Positions 21,845-33,389 of a stretch of 64,000 nucleotides of DNA are shown here, piece after piece. A model generated the notes under the pieces. The model was not told the DNA's origin and did not search any database. It saw only the letters and a program-made list of their open reading frames with translations. How positions within the stretch are numbered: position 1 is the stretch's first letter; each line of letters begins with the position of its first letter. The DNA lies in assembly GCA_963706025.1 (NCBI GenBank), contig CAVPLM010000011.1:32001-96000 (forward strand). Direction: 5' to 3'. The stretch comes from an uncultured Actinomycetes bacterium. GTDB taxonomy: Bacteria; Actinomycetota; Thermoleophilia; RBG-16-64-13. Made by a program: the position numbers and the translations under genes.

Positions 21845-24461
21845 CTACTCCTCGGTCTGCTCCCAGGTGATCAGGGGCAGCTCGTGGGGCACCAGCACGT
21901 CGCCGTGGCAGGGGAGCACCCGCACCGCATATCCGTGCAGGCCCGAGACCCGGCTGGGCACGCTGCCCCGGTAGACGTGCTCGCCTCCCTCGCGCCCCAC
22001 CCATTCCAGCTCGGTGCCGTGGCCGTTGCTGAGCGACCCGTCCGGACGCAGGCGGCTGTAGTAGGCTTCCACCACGACTTCCTCTTGACTCAGCTCTCCC
22101 AGGTGGACCTTGGCCGTCACCTCGACGCCCTCGCCCACGGCTATGTTGAAGTGACCCCGTTCCTCCACCCCCACGACCTGCACCTCGCTCCAGGCTTTGC
22201 GCACCCGGGCCTTCCAGGCCGCAAGCTCTTTGGCCAGGGCGTATCCATCGGCTTCCAGGCGGCGGAAGTGCTCGCTCGCGGGCAGGTAGAAGCGTTCCAC
22301 GTACTGCTTGACCATGCGGTCGCCGGAGAAGGTGGGGGCCAGGATGCGGATGGAGTCCTTCATCATGGCGATCCAGCCCCGGGGTAGGCCGTCGGCGTCG
22401 CGGTCGTAGAACAGGGGGATTATCTCGCGCTCCAAGAGGGAGTAGAGAGCCTCGGCATCGACCTCGTCCTGATACCCGGTGTGGACGAATTCTTGCCCGT
22501 CTCCTATCGCCCAGCCCACGCCGGGCCGGTAGGCTTCGGCCCACCACCCGTCGAGCACCGAGAGATGGAGCCCCCCGTTGGGCACCACCTTCATGCCGCT
22601 GGTGCCGCAGGCCTCGTAGGGACGGCGGGGCGTGTTCAGCCACACGTCCACCCCCTGCACCATCATGGCCGTCTTGCGCACGTCGTAGTCTTCCAGGAAC
22701 ACCACCTGGTCGGTCAGACCCTCGCGCCGCACCATGTCCAGCATGCTCCGGATGAACTCCTTGCCCGCTCCGTCGCGGGGATGGGCCTTGCCGGCTACGA
22801 GCAGCTGCACCGGCCGGGCCTCGTCCAGGAGGAGGGCCTTGAGACGGCCCGTGTCCCGGAACAGGAGCGTGGCCCGCTTGTAGGTGGCGAAGCGCCGGGC
22901 GAAGCCGATGGTGAGGGCGTCGGGACGCAGGGGCGGATGGGTCGGCGGCCCTACTCCGGTCGCGCTCCGTCGCTCGCGCCCCTGCAGCTCGGCCTGCTCG
23001 CGCGCGTAGGCCACCAGGCGCTCGCGCAGGCGGGAGTGGGTGCGCCAGAGCTCCAGGTCGGGGATGCGTTCCACCCGCTGCCAGGCCTCCCGGGCCGAGG
23101 CGTCCTCCCGCCACCGGGGTCCCAGGTAGTGGTCGTAGAGCTGCCCCATCTCGGCCGCCATCCAGGTCTCGGTGTGCACCCCGTTGGTGATCGACTCGAT
23201 GGGCATGTCGCCCCGGGGGAAGTCCGGCCATCCGGGCTCCATCATCCGGGCCGTCACCCGGCGATGCAGGCGGCTGACGGCGTTGCGGCGCGGCGACAGG
23301 CGCAGGGCCAGCGCGGCCACGTTGAACTCCTCGTCCGGGTCGCCGTTGACCCGGCCCATGCGCATGAACTCCTCCGGCTCCAGCCCCAGTTTCTCGAGAT
23401 AGGTGCTCAGGTAGTCTTCGATCAGCTCCTGGGAGAAGAGGTCGAACCCGGCCGGGACCGGCGTGTGGGTGGTGAACAGCGTGCCCGCGCCGGTGGCTTG
23501 GCGGGCCTCCAAGAACGAGAGCCCGGCAGTACCCATCAACCCGCGCAACCGCTCCAAGCTGGCGAAGACGGCATGTCCCTCGTTGAGATGGCACATCTGC
23601 GGCTCGATGCCCAGGGCCCTGAGGGCCCGCATCCCGCCGATGCCGAGCACCAGCTCCTGGGCCAGCCGCTCCTCGGTCCCTCCGCCATACAGCTCGTTGG
23701 TGATGCGCTGGGCGGCAGGCGTCGTTCTCGGGGATCACCGTATCGAGCAGGTACAAGGGGATGCGCCCCACATCGACCTTCCACACCTTGACCCAGACGG
23801 GGCGCCCGCCCATGTCGATCAAGACCTTGAGGGGCGCGGCAGCCGCGGCGGCCGCGCCGGCGCCCGCGCCCGGACCCGGACCAGACGCCCCGGCGCTCGG
23901 GGCCGGCACCGGCCGTATGGGCAGCGTGCTCAGATCGTGCACGTGATACTCCTCGTGCTGCCACCCGCCGTCGTCGAGGTGTTGCACGAAGTAGCCCTTG
24001 TTGTAGAGGAGACCGACCGCCACCAGAGGTATGTCCAGCCCGCTGGCCGCTTTGAGATGATCGCCGGCCAGCACGCCCAGACCCCCGGAATAGATGGGCA
24101 GGGAGGCGGTCAGCCCGTACTCCATGCAGAAGTAGGCCACGCGTAGGTCGGCGCGCTCGGGATACCGCAGCCGGAACCACCCCGGCTCGGTCATGTAGCG
24201 GCGCAGATCGTCCAGCGCCCCATCCAGGTGGGTGAGGAAGGCCGCGTCGCCGGCCGCCTGCTCCAGCCGCTCCCGCGAGATGCGGCGCAGCAGCGACACC
24301 GGGTTCCCGGCGTACTTCTCCAGCATCTCCGGGTCGAGGTGCTGGAACACCTTGAAGGCCCGGCTGTCCCAGGTCCAACGCAGGTTGTACGCCAGCTCCT
24401 CGAGCCCGCTCAGGCGCGCGGGAACCTCGGGATGGACGCTGAAAGTATGGATCTTTAGCAC
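21845..24461 (-). CDS. glgP: Alpha-glucan (glycogen) phosphorylase (frame break ~23715)
   Basis: YSGGLGVLAGD, HLNEGH, ARRFATYKRA, EACGTSGMK PLP lysine, LDGWW. Confidence 0.95.
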
Positions 24462-24705
24462 TTCTTGCCCCTCACAGGCGCCGCGGTCCGCCCTGCCGCT
24501 CCGCGCCCCCTCATGTCGCCACGCCCTCCGGCCACGGGCCCAGGCCCGGGTGGGCCGGCCGCCGGCTTCAGCCGCCGACTTTCACAGTAACCATTATCGG
24601 CAAATCCGACCGATTATCCCATACGACGGAAGGGGATCTCCTCCTGCAGGCCGGGCGTTATCGGGCCGCCCAACCACCGGCGCTCTACAGACGCCGGTCG
24701 GGAGC

Positions 24706-25149
24706 CTAGTCGCGCCCCGCTCGAGCCGAAGCATCGCGCCTGCGCGCCGCCTCCCGGGCTAAGTGAGCGATCGTCGTCCCTTCGAATAGATCATCCAGGA
24801 GCCGGGCGGCCTCCATCCAGACATCGCGGGTCGGACAGGTGGATGATCTCTCGCAATCATGTGCCGAGTAGCACGGTGCCGGGGCCACCCTACCCTCCAC
24901 CGCTCGCAGCACGTCCGCGATGGTGGTGGTCTCCGGATCGGAGGCCAGCGAGAATCCGCCGGCCCTTCCGCGGTGGCTCGCGACCAGGCCGGCAACCTTG
25001 AGCCGGATCATGATCTGCTCCACGTAGTCTGGCGAGATCGCCTCCGCGCGGCCGATCTCGAACTTGCTGACAGGTCTGCCCGGTTCTTGAGAGGCCAGAA
25101 AGACCATGATCCTGGAAGCGAATCTGCCCTTGGTGGAGATAGGCATCAT
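24706..25149 (-). CDS. Rrf2 family transcriptional regulator with three Cys
   Basis: ISTKGRFA, YVEQI, RGRAGGF, C-X5-C-X5-C. Confidence 0.92.
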   Translation of the reverse strand: MMPISTKGRFASRIMVFLASQEPGRPVSKFEIGRAEAISPDYVEQIMIRLKVAGLVASHRGRAGGFSLASDPETTTIADVLRAVEGRVAPAPCYSAHDCERSSTCPTRDVWMEAARLLDDLFEGTTIAHLAREAARRRDASARAGRD

Positions 25150-25190
25150 GGCCGAGACTCCTCACTGTCCTCGCTGCGTTTAAAAGATGA

Positions 25191-25219
25191 TTGACATGGT
25201 TATCTTACTCATGTAATAT
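25191..25219 (+). promoter_or_regulatory. Sigma70 promoter overlapped by an inverted repeat (possible Rrf2 operator)
   Basis: TTGACA-17 bp-TAATAT; ACATG-N11-CATGT dyad at 25194-25214. Confidence 0.6.
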
Positions 25220-25451
25220 ACACCATAACGCAGCCGGGGGCCATACCCCGCAGAGTATGTGAGGGATGGTCCCGAAGTGCGGCAGCACCAAACGCGCCAC
25301 ACAACAGTATTGATCGCGGGAGAGAGGAGCTGATATCTGAGCAAGCGTCGGCGTGTTCCTGTGTAGCAATGCTGGTGGGTAAACACGAGTGCACTCGGTC
25401 CAGTTCATGGATGTCTGGATCATTGACAAGTCTCAAGGGGGACGAATTTTC

Positions 25452-25937
25452 ATGAGAACAGTAATGACCATAACCGCGATTGTGTTGGGCGTCGCCGTAC
25501 TCGCCTGCGGTATAGCCTCGATAACCCTTAGCCATACCAACGCCACCGACCTTGCCGACCGTCTGAAGCAGGAGAAAGTGTCTCTCCGCGTTTTCGATGA
25601 GACCGCGCCGGAGGACGCCATCATCACCAACGCGGCCCAGGCCCGCGCAGCCGCCGATATTCTCAATGAACACCGTAAGGGGATCTCCCCTACCTATTCC
25701 GAACTGCTGGGTGGTAAACGCTTCGACGCGACGAATCCCAAGCAGCTCACCTACATGGCGGGGATGACCCTCGAAGGTCAGCTGAACGTGGCGGCATTGG
25801 CCTTCGGACTCACGACTGTGCTCTTGTTCAACGGCATAGTCATGATCCTCATCGGCATCGCGCTGATCGTGGTGTCGGTGGCCGTCTGGCTCTATCACGT
25901 GCATCCCAAGAAGGAACCCGCAGAAAACGTGGTTTAG
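25452..25937 (+). CDS. Hypothetical membrane protein (N- and C-terminal TM)
   Basis: ORF with terminal hydrophobic helices, RBS AAGGGGG. Confidence 0.75.
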   Translation: MRTVMTITAIVLGVAVLACGIASITLSHTNATDLADRLKQEKVSLRVFDETAPEDAIITNAAQARAAADILNEHRKGISPTYSELLGGKRFDATNPKQLTYMAGMTLEGQLNVAALAFGLTTVLLFNGIVMILIGIALIVVSVAVWLYHVHPKKEPAENVV

Positions 25938-26035
25938 ATCCGGGCGGTACAAGTACGCACGGCGTGAACCAGACTGGTCGCGCCACTTGCCGACGAGGCT
26001 CCCGCTAGACCCGGGAGCCTCGTCTCTTCGGACCC

Positions 26036-26999
26036 CTACCGGGCCGGCTTGGAGTACGACAGGTAGCTCTTGTACTTGGCCACCTTCGTTGGGCAGTTCG
26101 TCCACGTTTGCCGGCCACACCAGGGACCTGTTCGCCAGTTCTTCCAGGTGCTCGAACTTGCCCGAGAGGAGCATATGGGAGTGGACCTTTTCTTCTTCCG
26201 GGACCTCGAACCTGACCTTGCCGTCGACGACGTTCAAGGTCCCCCTCACGCCGCAGATGCCGCAGATGGTGGGATAGCTGTCCTCGGCGTTGCGGATCTC
26301 CAACAGTTTGGAGTGACAGATGGGGCACAGGCCCGGCTGGCCGATGTACTCCGCTTCTTCCAGGGGCTTCTTCAGCGTCTCGGCCACGTGCCGGCCCGAC
26401 CTGTGGGCCCGCTCCAAGAGATCGTCCCTTAGGGCGACCACCTTCGGTAGTCCGACCCAGTTGACCACGATCTTGTCCACCACCTCGATCTGCATGGAGA
26501 GGGTGAACAGGTGCATCAGGGGTAGAGCCAGCGTGTCCCACTCGCTCCCCCCCACGGCTATGAGGGAGGCAGCCCGGGGTTTGAAGGCCCGTTCGTCCGG
26601 GCCCTCACCGGTGGTGATGCCCCGCTCGGCCCGCATCTTCTTGGCGGCCATTCGGAAGGCCTGGTCGTGCGAGGGGCCCATGCGGTCGTTCAGGCATTTC
26701 AGCTGGCCACTGGGAGTCTTCTCGTAGATGGGAGAGCCGAGGATGAGCCCGTCGCACTCCATGATCTTCTCGTCTATGAAGGGCAGGTCGTCGTTCTTGA
26801 TGGTGCAGCGGCCCGGGCCGCACTTCTCGAACAGGTCGATCACGCAGGAGTTGCAGCCGGTACAGGGCTTGATGTTGAGATCGTGCAGGTGCACGAGTTC
26901 GACCTCGGCTCCCGCCTCCTCCGCGCCCATCAGCGCCTCTTTGACGAGGATCTCGGTGTTGCTCAGCCGCCTACCACAGGAAATGCCCAGTACCTTCAT
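26036..26999 (-). CDS. Flavodoxin-fold FMN reductase with C-terminal Zn-finger, flavone/flavonol reductase (Flr)-like (frame break ~26090)
   Basis: MKVLGIS, EALMGA, CTGCNSC, SPIYEK, DRMGP, VGGSEW, CPICHS..CGICG, SGKF..H; true end KYKSYLSYSKPAR* in shifted frame. Confidence 0.8.
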
Positions 27000-27351
27000 C
27001 GAGATCGCTCCTTAGAACTCGTTTCAGAATGAAGCTCCGCCGCCAGGGACACCCTGGGCGAGCGCGAGAGAAGAACGCAGGAAGCGAGTATAGCAGCGCT
27101 ATTTGCGCGACCGAGGACGTACGGTCGTGCCGTCCAGGGTGCACTAGGCGGCCGCGGCTTCATTTTGAAACGAGTTGTTAGCCCTTATGAACGGAGGGTG
27201 GTTTTCCGCGCACGGCACGTCGTCGCGAGAAACACGAACGGCCGCACAGACAGCGGCCATGATACCGGAAGGCATTTGTTTTGGCGCGGGCCGGGTGTCC
27301 GCGTGGCCGCCCGCAACGTCCCGGGATCGGCTTCAGCGCTCCGCGCCGGGG

Positions 27352-27408
27352 ATCGTCTAGAACGGCGCGGACGACCACCAATCGTCTAGAACGGCGCGAA
27401 CGACCACC
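27352..27408. repeat. 28-bp tandem duplication covering the 3' end of the small wHTH gene
   Basis: ATCGTCTAGAACGGCGCG(G/A)ACGACCACC at 27352-27379 and 27381-27408. Confidence 0.85.
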
Positions 27409-27661
27409 CTTTCCGCTCGAGGCGTTCCGCCCGCCTCAGCCCCACGTGCGTGAGGGCTATGTGTCCCAGAGTGGTCCACTCGAGGATGCCGCGGTCGGCC
27501 CAGAAATCGCAGGCGCTCTCCGCTTCGTCCTCGGAGTGGCCCGTCTCCACGCGCACTTCCACGAACGAGACGCCACTCTTGGCCTTCCTGTCTGCCAGCT
27601 CGTACACCGTGCGCAGATAGTCCCGCTCGAGGCCACCCATGGCATGGGGTGCAAGCGTCAT
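27386..27661 (-). CDS. Small winged-helix-like protein
   Basis: GAGGAGAGAGG RBS; DRGILEW...IALTHVG wing-like pattern, resembles 21550 protein. Confidence 0.65.
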   Translation of the reverse strand: MTLAPHAMGGLERDYLRTVYELADRKAKSGVSFVEVRVETGHSEDEAESACDFWADRGILEWTTLGHIALTHVGLRRAERLERKGWSFAPF

Positions 27662-27853
27662 CGCGCCTCTCCTCTCTCCTCAGGGGAGCAGGGAACGATT
27701 CATTCTTGCCCAGAAGCCCTGAATCTATCCTGAACGCTTAGGAGGGTCTGCATGCCCGAGGGGGGCATCACGGCACACCCCCCGTCACCGTGAGCGCGGC
27801 CGGGCCGCCGATGTGAGCTGGGTCCGCCCGCCCCTCGCCAGGGGCCGTCCCCC

Positions 27854-28006
27854 CTATCCCCGATCCTCAGGCTTACGCTCCTCGGGCTTATGCCTGCCTT
27901 CGCGCTGCAGCCTGCTGATGCCCCAGAAGAGCACCCCCAGTCCGGCCAGAAACGCGCCTATTCCGATGGGCCCACTCCAGAACAGAACGGGGAACAGATC
28001 CTCCAT
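27854..28006 (-). CDS. Small single-TM membrane protein (50 aa)
   Basis: AAGGAGGAGG RBS, MEDLFPVLFWSGPIGIGAFLAGLGVLFWG. Confidence 0.7.
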   Translation of the reverse strand: MEDLFPVLFWSGPIGIGAFLAGLGVLFWGISRLQREGRHKPEERKPEDRG

Positions 28007-28209
28007 CTCCTCCTCCTTTGGACGGGACACACGCGCTCCTCGAGCGTAGACCAGGGCGCACGAAGATCCTCGCGCCCAAGTCGAGTCTAGGGCGAAGACC
28101 GTTAGCACTCAAGAGAGGCTGCTGGTCAATGGGGGCCAGACTCCGACGTGGGCCCATGAGGATCCGGCCGGTTGGTCTCTCGTCTGGCCAGTACGGCGTC
28201 GCGTCGCGC

Positions 28210-30762
28210 CTATCCCCCCAGCCGGTACGTCTCAAACCCCGCAGCCGCCATACGCTCGGGTACATCGCGGACTTGCCTCCCGATCCTTTTCCTTCTCGGC
28301 CTCGGACAGCTGGTCCCAGGGCACCATGCACGGATGCGTCTTCTCGACGTCGCTCTTGACCGGCCCGAAGACGTAACCGGCGGCCCGCTTCTGCGCCCAC
28401 CAGCGCTCGTGCTCCATCTGGGCGAGCTTCTCTATCTCCGCCGCACTGAACTCCACGTGCCGGGGGCTTTCATCCTTGGCCGGGAGAAAGCCGCAGCCGA
28501 TCGCCTCGAGGTAGGTTGGGAACCAATCCGCCTGCTCGCGGTTGGACTCGCGATCCTCCTCGGTCAGATCGTCCCAGGGAAGCATGCGCTGACCCTCCTC
28601 CGGCGTAGTGGCGACGTTGTCTTCGGTGAAAGCTTCATGAATGGCCTGCGCGATCCTCTCTCGGGCGGCGCCGACCAGGACGTCGCGCGCTACCAGCCGC
28701 ATGAACGTCTCGGCATCGACGTGCAGTTCCAATTGAGGGGCCGGAGGGAGAGCCGACTGCTCGAAGATCTCTCGGCCACTCAGCATGCTCATGTCGATCA
28801 GGGATTCGAGCGAGCGCATGCCGTGCCGGTACTCGGGGATCTTGATCAGAGCTCGGAGCACGCCCGGGTCGATCCTGATGCGGCCCGAATGGTCCATGAG
28901 CTGTCTGGCGCCCATCTCGAGCTGAATGCGCAAAGCCACCGCGCGCCTGATCAGGTAGAGAAGATCCTCGTCGCCCCTCTGGTTGATCCCCAGGATGTCG
29001 ACGTATCCGCGGAGACGGCTGACGAAATCGGGACCTTTGACCATGCGGAACCGCTCGATCGTCTGGCCGTCGCCTCCCTCGCGCGTGAATTCGGCGAGAG
29101 AGTCGCTCGTGGCTCCGGCGAAGACGAAGATGGCCTTACCGATGGGGTGGCTCGACTCCCCGTCCTTGAAGCGCCCGTCCTGCATGGGATCGAGGAAGAA
29201 CTTGAGCCACCCGAGCGGTGCCCCCTCGAACGAGGCGTCGAACTCGTCGAAGAAGACGAGAGGCACCTTGCCCTCGAGCACAACGTCCCGCACGCGGTGG
29301 AGCGCGCTTGCCAGGTCGCGCGGAGACTCCCACTGGGCGACGTTGAAGCTCACGCTCTGAACCAAGCCCTCTCCGACGCTCTTGGCGATCTGCGTGACGG
29401 AGAAGGTCTTGCCGGCCCCGGGCGGTCCGAAGACGCCGATGCAGAGAGGACGCTTGACGTAGCCGGCCGCCAGGTATTCCGAGATGAGGTTCTTGACGCT
29501 GCGGTAGCCTTCGATCTCGGTACGGTCGATGGTCTTGAGCTTGCCGAAGCGTCCCACCGGAACCCGGTCCAGAACCGGGTCGGTGCCCCTCTCCACATAG
29601 TTGAGAGCCACCGCCTCCAGGCGTTCGTGCGTCGACTCCTGCAGGATGGTCCAGAAGTCGGGATCGGCCGAGGTGAGACTGCTCTTGACGGGGACCACGA
29701 CGTCGGCGATGACCGGATCGTGGGGAGAGGCCTCGAAGAGCTCGTCGAGGGTCCAGTCCGGATCCCGGCCCGACGTGCCGAACCCCGCCACAAGCAGCCG
29801 GCGCGAGGCGGCGATGCCGGCGCGGGCCCCCTCTCCCACCTGATCGAGGCCCCCGTTGGCCACCTGGCCGGCAAGGGCGGCAAGGAAGGCAGTACCCAGC
29901 CCCATCATCTCGCCCGGGTGTTGCTCGTCGTACTCGCCCTCGATGCGGGCCGGATCGTAATAGAGGACCGCCGTGGTCCGATCGCCGGCCACGGTGCGGT
30001 GGATGGCGCCGTCCAGCCCGAAACGGACGACCAGGTTGCGGCAGGCGGCAAGGGCGGCAAGCCTGCGGTTGTTGGCCATCTGCCACACGAAATCCTTGGC
30101 GGTGCGCTCCCAGGAGAGCCGACGAGAGACGTTCGCCCCTTCGCAGCGCAGGTCGTCCCCATCGATGACCACGACCAGCCGATCGGAGTGGCTGCGGGAA
30201 AGCTCCTGGAACAGGGGGCCCACGGCCAGAGGCCGGCTCATCTTGAGCAGGATGAGCGGCTGGCTGCCGGCAGCGACAAGGGCCTGCGGCCAGACCGATG
30301 GTTCGTCGCGGAAGCCGTTGCCGGCGTCGTCCAGGATGACAAGGTCCGCAAGCGGGTCGTCGGAAACGAGTCTCAAGGGCTGCAGTCGACCGCCGTCCGG
30401 CCCGGTGTAGCCGCAGTTGTCCTTGACGCGCCACACCTGGTCCCTGCCGTCGCCGTCAGCCGAGACGGCGAAAGCGAGCAAGCCGAACGTGGGAGTGAAG
30501 CACGTCGGTGGCCGGGACTCCCTCAAGGTCGAGAATCTCGGGAGCGGCCACGGTGGCGATGCCCGCTCCCCGCAACAGGCCGGCGAGCAGAAGCGCGCCC
30601 CCGGGCCTGGCGGTCAGCCGGATGCCGTCATGGAGTTGCCAGTTGCTGGAGCAGGTGGCATTGGTGGCGCGGCAGCCCCTCATGTCTTGCAGCCACCGGC
30701 CATTCGAGCCAATCGACGGTGACATCGCCTGCGACTACGGCCTTGAGCTGCTTCGTCTCCAT
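28210..30762 (-). CDS. PfkB-like N-terminal domain + AAA+ ATPase + RyR-repeat protein (frame breaks at both ends)
   Basis: VVAGDVTVDW...GGALLLA; GPPGAGKTF Walker A; VFFDEFD Walker B; LAQMEHERW...KTHPCMVPWDQLSEAEKEKD RyR motif. Confidence 0.85.
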
Positions 30763-30936
30763 AGTGCCCCTCATCGATGAAGAAACAGGCGTCCGCATGG
30801 CAGAGATCATTCCACTTACACGTTATCACTCAAGAACAAGAGGCGCAGGCAATATAATCCGGCAAGACAAGGTCCAATGCCAAGTGCCCGAGAGGTTGAG
30901 CTCCCCAAGAGCGAGTGCCCCACGAAAGGAGTCTTC

Positions 30937-31380
30937 GTGAAATCGATCCTGGTCGGTGTGGATGGTTCCGAATGTTCGCTCAGGGCCCTTGATTTTGCCG
31001 CCGAGGAAGCGGCCCTTCGTGGCGCTCGCCTTCGCATCGTGTGTGTATGGGATATGCCAGAAATAGGGTATGCGGTGTCGGCCTATCCAGAGGAGGTCTT
31101 AGAGGACGTCTTCGAGGGTATCCGGGAAGAAGCAGAAGCAATAGTGGCGAAGGCTCGTGCCCGCGCAGCCGAACTCAAACCAACGCTCACCGTCAAAACC
31201 AAGGTCGTCAAGGGTCACCCAGGTGCCATCCTTGTCAGAGAAGCGAAAAGCGCAGACCTGGTTATAGTGGGAAACCGCGGCCGAGGCGGCGTTGCAAGCC
31301 TCCTTCTCGGCTCGGTCAGCCACCACGTGGTTCACCTCGCCCAGTGCCCGGTGGTCGTCGTGCGGGTCGCTGCGTGTTAG
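30937..31380 (+). CDS. Universal stress protein (UspA family)
   Basis: ILVGVDGS, VGNRGRGG..LLGSVS..CPVVVV. Confidence 0.95.
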   Translation: MKSILVGVDGSECSLRALDFAAEEAALRGARLRIVCVWDMPEIGYAVSAYPEEVLEDVFEGIREEAEAIVAKARARAAELKPTLTVKTKVVKGHPGAILVREAKSADLVIVGNRGRGGVASLLLGSVSHHVVHLAQCPVVVVRVAAC

Positions 31381-31455
31381 CTGCCAGATGAAGCGCACAG
31401 GTGGTGCGTCCAGGGGGAATCGGCTCTTGACCTACGGCTGCGAGTTGGTGTCTCA

Positions 31456-31709
31456 TGGAGGACGCCACCGAGGAGATCTGGGACCAGCGTATGGAAGTGG
31501 CGGGCATGCTGGGCAACGTGTCGCTGATGAACGGCGAACCCATCGTGCACGTGCACATCACGGTGGCCGACGAGCAAGGCCGCTGCTACGGCGGCCACCT
31601 GGGGCACAACACCCGGGTCTTCAACCTGGAGATCCTGCTGACTACCCTGTCCGGTCCCCCGGTCACCCGCAAGATGGACCCCCAGACGGGACTGACTATC
31701 TGGCATTGA
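31456..31709 (+). pseudogene. Diverged, internally deleted copy of the DUF296 locus (7537-8040)
   Basis: Matches 7537-7567 joined to 7818-8040; 250-bp deletion at GACCAAC microhomology. Confidence 0.9.
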
Positions 31710-31764
31710 GCCTCCGGCAAGCTTCCGGCACTGACCCTTTAGTTGAGGTCCAGGTCGTTTCGGC

Positions 31765-33364
31765 CTAAGGCGTGTAGGCCCAGGTGTCGTTGAGAAGCGA
31801 GTTATCGCCCGGATCTCCCCCGAACATGATCAACCGGCCGCTCGGATGGATCGAAGACCATCGACTGACCGAAACGTGCGGCCGGGAGCGCCCCCCCTGG
31901 GTCCAACTCGGTCCAGGTGTTCGTGCTCGGGTCGTAGGCCCAGGTGTCGTTCCTGACGTCGCTTATGTGAGCGCCTGCCAGTCCTCACGAACATGATCAG
32001 CCGCCCACTCGACTGGATCGAACACCATCGACTGCCACCAGCTAGCGGGGGGCCGCGGCCCGGACGGGCTGAGATTCGTCCACGTGTTGGCGACCGGGTC
32101 GTAGGCCCAGGTGTCGTCCAAGCCCTCCAAGCTCGAGGATGGGTTCGGGCTACCCGACAACCCTCCGAACATGATCACCCGGCCGCTGGAGGGATCGTAG
32201 GCCATGGCCTGAGCGCTACGCGCAGGAGGCAGTGTCCCTTGCGGGCTGAGGTCGGTCCACGTGTTGGCGACCGGGTCATAGGCCCAGGTGTCGTTGAGAC
32301 GAACACCGAAGTCGTCGAACCCCCCGAACATGATCACCCGGCCGCTGGTGGGGTCGTAGGCCATAGCGTCATCGGCGCGTCCAACGGGTGACTGCCCCGC
32401 CGGCGCTGAGCTCGCCCCAGGTGTTGGTCGTGGGATTGTAGACCCAGGTGTCATTGAGGACCCCACCGATCTCGTCGTTGAAATCTCCTCCGTCGCCGCA
32501 TGAGCCTCCGAAGAGGAACAGCCGGTGCGTCGACGGATCGTAGGCCATCGAGTGGCAGAAAGCGCCCAGGAGGCAGCGCCCCGGATGGACGGATTCTGGT
32601 CCACGTGCTCGCGGCCGGGTCGTAAACCCAGGTGTCATTTGCGTTCGCGGCGGATAACGAGCCTCCGAACAAGATCACGCGCCCGGTATCGGGATCGTAC
32701 GCCATCGCGTGCCATGCCCGCGGCTGGGGCAGGGTCCCCTGCGGGTCGAGCTTGGTCCAGAAGTTGTGGCTGGGCGGACTGGACGCATAGATGCCACCGA
32801 CGGTGGCGGCCGCGATGACCAGAAGCGCCGCGAAGGTGATGGCCCAGGTCCTGCGGTTCCATCTTTTCGGCCTCGCGGCCTTCTCGCCGGCAGAGGCCCC
32901 GGTTTCATCGCCGGTTGCGGCAGCCGTCATTCCGTCTTCTGCCGGGCTCTCGACCGCAGCCCGGGCCCGGTCAGTTGTCCCCGCACGGCGGCCAGGATCT
33001 CTCCCTGCTTGCCCTCCACTCCTCCGCGGACTTCCAGCCACTGCCACAGGTTGAGGTAGTACTCGATCGAGGCACTGGGAACGACGTCGTCTATGTGGAG
33101 GGAGAGCACGGGCCGGTCGTAGGCTATCGCCCGTTCGATCTCGCGCAGCACGTAGGGGGAGCTGTTGGCCGAGGTGGAGAAGATGAGCAGCACAAGGTCC
33201 GACGTGCGGATTGCATCGAGAGTCCCGGCAGCCGGGTCTGTCCCCTCCTTCAGGTCGCGGGGGGCCATCCAACAGCCGATACCCTCTGCCTCGAGCATAT
33301 CGCAGACGTGGGAGGCGACCTCGCGATCCTCCGCGGCGTGGCTCACGAAGACCTGATGCGCCAA
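31765..33364 (-). CDS. TIR - TM - Kelch beta-propeller protein (subtype 2), frame broken
   Basis: HQVFVSHA..SPYVLREIERA TIR; WAITFAALLVIAAATVGG TM; repeated MAYDP..FGG..DTWxYDP blades, ends WAYTP*. Confidence 0.88.
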
Positions 33365-33389
33365 AGACGCCCCCTTCACTGCTGTCGGA

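Noticed and set aside
25209-26999. 596-aa ORF as a single fusion protein
   Set aside because: Read-through from an indel near 26090; the extension is antisense to the membrane gene at 25452-25937.
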